Source: Ginglymostoma cirratum
Lineage: Eukaryota
Direction of reading: 5' to 3'
Assembly (NCBI GenBank): GCA_024137785.1
Contig: JAHRHZ010000002.1
Span: 6,266,451 to 6,330,450, forward strand
DNA: 64,000 nucleotides
The first letter of the stretch is position 1. Each line of letters begins with the position of its first letter. The position numbers and the translations under genes are program-made. The notes beneath the pieces were generated by a model. It was not told where the DNA came from, searched no databases, and saw only the letters and a list, made by a program, of their open reading frames with translations. Of the stretch, positions 59,481 to 64,000 are shown piece after piece.

Positions 59481-59639
59481 CATGACAATGAAATCAATCA
59501 AGGGAAGGCAAACCAGGCACTGAGAGAATGGAAATTCACAGAGAACCACACAGGAGGTCCATGTGACTCACAGTCCAGTTCTCTGCTCCTGCCCCCTCCT
59601 TTTCCCCCTAGATCAGAGATTGGAAGATGTTTAAATAAA

Positions 59640-59770
59640 AAACAGAAAGAACTGCAGTCACTGTAAATCAGAAACAAATACAGAAATTGCTGGTAAAGCT
59701 CAGCCGGTCTGGCAGCTTCTGTGGAGAGAATTCAGAGTTAATGTTTTGGGTCTAGTGACCCTTCCTCAAC
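59640..59770 (-). mobile_element. PLE pseudo-LTR arm
   Basis: Same family as 9606-9835. Confidence 0.7.
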
Positions 59771-59978
59771 GCCTTTGGAAATTGTTTGCCAGCCAAGGGG
59801 TTTGAGCAATTAAAGCAAAATGAGGAGGATGGAGCTGGATCAGTCATTACTCCCAGTTAATGGTGGAAAAAGCTAAAAGCGATGGTCTGGATGTCCTCCT
59901 GCTGTTCATACTGACAGGGTCAGTGTGCATTCGATGGGCCGAATGGCTTCTTTCTGTACTCTAGGGAATCTACGACCC

Positions 59979-60375
59979 GGCAGATGCTTCATTACCCTGC
60001 TGGGTAACACCGTCAGTGCAGCCTCCGGTGAAGAGCTGTTGTGTTTTCCCACTTGGTATTTAAACTCTGGAGTCTGTTGAGCTGGAGTTCCTCACTTCCG
60101 GTTTTCCTTCGCAATGGAGTGTATATGGGGTCGAGTTCTACGTGTTTGTTGATGGCTTTCTTCGTGGAGTACCAGCCTTCCAGGAACTCTCGTGCTTGAC
60201 GCTGCTTAGCTTTCCTAGGATCTTGGACAAGCACAAAGGCGTTTCATCGGAGGCTGCACTGATGATGTTACCCGGCAGGGTAATGAAACGTCTGTACGAC
60301 AATGAACCAGCTCGGCGAGCCAAGCCACCACAACACCCATAACCCGAGCCACAAATCTACTCCAAAACCTTAGAT
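59979..60375. mobile_element. Second PLE family fragment with inverted pLTRs
   Basis: Minus-strand EN C-terminus KAKQRQAREFLEGWYSTKKAINKHVELDPIY; inverted copies at 59980-60030 and 60245-60296. Confidence 0.85.
60255..60296 (+). ncRNA. Minimal type I hammerhead ribozyme (PLE-type)
   Basis: UGCA-CUGAUGA-U-GUUACCC-GGCA-GGGUAAU-GAAAC-GUC-UGUA: intact core, 7-bp stem II, 4-bp stem I, predicted cleavage after 60292. Confidence 0.85.
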
Positions 60376-60459
60376 TCTACGAGCCCGCCCTCAGCCACTG
60401 CGTCCTCACAATGACTAGGTCACTCGGGACACCCTCACCACGCTAGGCCCAGAATTATA

Positions 60460-60730
60460 CAATAACTACTGAGCAGAAAGAGACCATTCAGCCCACCGAG
60501 TCTGCACGGATCCTCTGAACAGTGTCCGACCCAGACCTCTTCCATTCACCCCTCCGCCTCGACTCCATAAACCCCTATTTCCTACGGCTAATCCACCTTG
60601 CCTGGACACTATGGGACAAGATAGCACACTCAACCTACCTAATGTGCACATGCTTGGACTGTGGGAGGAAACAAGAGAATCCTGCAGAAATCCACGGAGA
60701 CGAACAAACCCTGGGACTGGGTCCGCTCCT
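60460..60730 (-). mobile_element. HE1-type SINE (5'-truncated or degenerate)
   Basis: ttggactgtgggaggaaac core and CR1-like tail. Confidence 0.75.
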
Positions 60731-60766
60731 CGGTTACCAGCCAGCACCTCACTCTGGAACACTCAC

Positions 60767-60945
60767 CCACGACCCCGAAAACGCCACCAAGTATTATCAT
60801 CCCGTACCCAGGAACCAGCGGGCGGCTCGTACCAAACCAGCAGCCACTCGGCTCTTTCTTTTCCCGGCGGCCGTGGTGACGTAATTGCGAATTACGTGCT
60901 TGGAGGCGTCAGCCCGGGCGAAAGCAGAGCTGTCAATCAAAGGAA
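60767..60945 (-). promoter_or_regulatory. CpG-rich promoter with candidate first exon
   Basis: Local CpG cluster with GC box (60820-60825), ATF/CRE-like TGACGTAA (60877-60884) and PBX/PKNOX decamer TGATTGACAG (minus, 60939-60930). Strong donor GG|GTGAGT at 60767/60766. Confidence 0.55.
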
Positions 60946-60962
60946 CCACAGCACAGTCTCTG

Positions 60963-61118
60963 CGAGATAGTAAGAACTGCCGATGCTGGAGTTAGAGGTA
61001 ACACCGTGTGGAGCTGAAGGACACAGCTGTCTGCACCTCGGGTTCCCGAACCGAAACGTCAACTTTCTTACTCCGCTGATGCTGTCTGGCTGCTGTGTTG
61101 CTCCAGCTCCACACTGTG
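60963..61118. mobile_element. Degenerate palindromic PLE pseudo-LTR element
   Basis: gtgtggagctg / cagctccacac inverted arms with ccgaaacgtca. Confidence 0.7.
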
Positions 61119-61690
61119 ATGTACGGTACAGTCACTCCTCGTTTGTAAATCTCACTTCGAACACATAGTCTGGAGTATTCAGAAATGTAAGCAGTATTGA
61201 TCCAACAAAAGAAAAAATCTGACTCTTAGAAGTCGGAAGTTACAGGTGAAGGAAAAAAAGCTAAGTACAGAGATTGAGTAAACGCAAATTTACGAGTTGC
61301 TCTCAGTCAATGCTTGTATGCAATTCTCCAACACCTAAAATATTGGAAAATGGAGCATTTTAGGAACACATTTGAAAGAGTTCTGGCGTGTCACAGAAAA
61401 AAAGGAATAAGTACTTAGGATACACCAGGTGTGAAATTGAGGTTTTGTTTCTTTTTCATCCATTTGCACCAGTAAAATCCAATCACCTCTCAACTCATGG
61501 AGAAAATAGATGCTTTTTCATATGACCTGATCGAAGATGTTATAATGCATCTCTGGATCAGATGGAACTTGAATCTATGCCTTCTGGTAGGGACATAACC
61601 ACTGTGCCACAAAATGAATTTCAAATTGGGCCTATTTGACCCACTATGGAAACAGGGCCTAGATATTTAAATCAACCTGTTCAGATATAT

Positions 61691-61884
61691 GAGAGGTAAT
61701 AGGTACTGCAGATGCTGGAGAATCCGAGATAACAGGGTGTGGAGCTGGATGAACACAGCAGGCCAAGCAGCATCATAGGAGCTGGAAAGCTTAACATTTT
61801 GGGCCTAGACCCTTCGTCAGAAAAATTCTGCTCCTATGATGCTGCTTGGCTTGCTGTGTTCATCCAGCTCCACACCTTGTTATC
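61691..61884. mobile_element. Palindromic PLE pseudo-LTR element
   Basis: Inverted arms; 10-bp TSD TCAGATATAT at 61681-61690 and 61885-61894. Confidence 0.88.
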
Positions 61885-62289
61885 TCAGATATATTATGAT
61901 ACACCTCGGGAGCAGGTGAGACTGGAATTCAGGACTTCTGGCCCACTGCTAGGGCCCTTAAAATTAGTTTTAGTCAACTGGCTTGGACATGTTATGGCAT
62001 TGCTCTATGGCAGGTGAGACATGAACCTGGACCTACAAGTCAGGCACTGAGATAGGACCACTGTGCAACAAGAGTCCCTATAACTCCCCATAATCTAATT
62101 GACTGGCTGTGTTTTCACTGTTTACTGCCCCCGTCATTCTGTGTCTTCTACATTTACAAAATAAATTCTTTCTCTGCATCTATCATATTCAAACATCCAG
62201 CTTTTTGTCAAGGGTCAGAGATTTTACAGTCAATGGAGAGACCTTTCTTCAATTGTCCCCATGCCAGGCATCAAACAAACATCTATTCT

Positions 62290-63320
62290 AATCCCATTTT
62301 CCAACACTTGACCCATAGACCTGTTCACAAAGGTGTTTGAAATGTTCATCTAAATAGTTCTTAAATGTTTTGCACATTCTCACCTCGACCACCATTTTAA
62401 TTAGTGAGTTCCTGATATCTGCAACACACTGTGTGAAAATATATTTCCTCAAAAAGCTAAATCCCCTGCTCCTTACTTTAAAATTGCACCCCATTGTTAT
62501 TGAACCCCACTATTAAAGGAATAATTTTCTCTCTTTCTACCTGTCTACATTCTTCGAAATGCTCTCAGCCTTTTCTGCTCTCTGTAAATCTACCCAAGCT
62601 GATTCAGTCTCTCCAGAGATAAATCACTTCAATTTCAGCAACATCTGCTCAAAGCTCCTCATCACCCTTTCTAGTGCAATTCCATCCTTCCTAAAGTGTG
62701 GTGACCAGAACTGCACACAGCGCTCTAGCTTTGGCCTAACAAATGTTACATGCAGCTGAATAATAATCTCCTAGCTGCAGCATTCAGTCCCTTCTGACAA
62801 AGTTAAATGGGGGTCCGTTCAGTTATCAAATGCACATAAACATGGTCTAGCATGTGTAAGAGATGTCTTTGGTTTGTTGGACAGAGTCAAACTTGTATGT
62901 TTTTCTTTCCTTGATATGCTACTGTACAAAGCCAAACGGCGTTCGTGACTATGCATATACATAAAATTTTTTTTAATGAATAAAACATATTTTGAAGTAA
63001 AGAAAAGTTGCACTCAGTGCCTTGGCTAATAAAGGCAAGTATGCCATATGCCTTCTTAACCACATTAACCACCATACCTCCCTGTTCTGCTGCCTACAAG
63101 TATCTATGAACATGCATACTGAAGTTGCTGAAATTCTCTTTACTTCCTGTTGTCCTACCATTAAATATGTACTTACTTGCCCTGTCAGTCCTCTCAAAAT
63201 GTATCACTTTGTTATTTTCAAATTTAAATTCCATTTGCCATTGTTCAGCACATCTGAACAGCCTGTCTATATTACGTGTTAGGCTAAGGTTTTCGTCTGA
63301 ATATTTGCCATTTTATTATA
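62290..63320 (-). mobile_element. Degenerate CR1 LINE fragments
   Basis: VKKAYGILAFISQG and YIFTQCVADIRNSL peptides. Confidence 0.75.
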
Positions 63321-63574
63321 GAAATTGCAGAAGGAATGTGGAAAATTATAAAACATATATAATAAATTCTCTTAGATTCCCTGGACACTTGGGCAGGTTC
63401 TGATTAAAATGACACCTACATAAGCCAAAACTGGTTGACCTGAACAGTGCTGGGACTGGTTCCTTGCAAGGAAAATGCTGGTTCTGTAGAGTGGTCTCTG
63501 AATCAACTCAGCAGATTTGTGAGAATCAAAAAAGAACATTAAACTTGAATACCAAAGTGCACTAGGACAGAGAA

Positions 63575-64000
63575 TAGGTGATGTCCTGATGGTATTATCC
63601 CAAAACTACTAATCCAGAGACCAGGTCATGTTCCAGAGACCTGGTTTCACATCCCATCAGGGAAGATGGTGGAATTTGATTTAAATAAAAATATGCAATT
63701 AATACTTTAATGACAACCACTGGTGATTGTGGGAGAAAGAAAACAGCTTAACTGGTCCAGCGTACATGTGCCTCTTACTTGCACTCAATTCTACCAGCCA
63801 CTTGTAAGGAAAGTAAATGAATGAAAATGTCCTCCTGGCATTAACCTAAGTACCAGAAACACAGTCCTCTGAAACCTGCCAAATTGTCCTTACGAAACCT
63901 CTGGGGGCCACTCCACATCCTTGTCAAGTAACAGCTTAACATTCTCACAGAATCGTACCTGTCAGACAATGCCCCAGACACCATCATGTCTACATACGTC
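63575..64000 (+). mobile_element. Older copy of the SINE-headed LINE (5' end, runs off the window)
   Basis: Collinear with 45080-45620: head (tggtattat..actactaatccagagacc; agatggtggaatttga), then ggcattaaccta.gtac and atgccccagacacca. Confidence 0.7.

Noticed and set aside
1-64000. CRISPR arrays, rRNA or prokaryotic operons
   Set aside because: No regularly spaced repeat-spacer array or rRNA-like sequence; the window is intron- and retroelement-rich vertebrate DNA.

Overview
Repeat-dense vertebrate genomic DNA. The repeat families (HE1-type SINEs, CR1 LINEs, Penelope-like elements) and the gene families point to a cartilaginous fish, most likely a shark. Two genes were assembled by hand, both on the minus strand. 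(1) A non-classical MHC class I heavy-chain gene: leader 53019-52968, alpha1 50784-50524, alpha2 41773-41498, alpha3 41396-41118, TM 40996-40881, giving 327 aa. It has lost the N-terminal peptide-anchoring residues and the alpha2 disulfide, and its groove is aromatic-rich. It also has a GG instead of AG acceptor before alpha3, a 6-aa cytoplasmic tail, and probably an upstream non-coding exon from a CpG-rich promoter near 60.9 kb. (2) A two-exon GPR139/GPR142-like GPCR pseudogene (13705-13636 plus 7826-6940, two frameshifts). It lies in an old tandem duplication whose second copy predicts a paralog just left of the window. The rest is transposon debris. This includes Penelope-like elements with minimal hammerhead ribozymes, inverted (hairpin) architecture and 10-17 bp TSDs; Gypsy and Gmr1-like LTR remnants; CR1, RTE and Rex1 LINE fragments; SINEs; and a LINE family carrying a tRNA-derived SINE head. 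There are two 400-N assembly gaps. All family assignments come from visual motif recognition; no database searches were run, and repeat boundaries are approximate.
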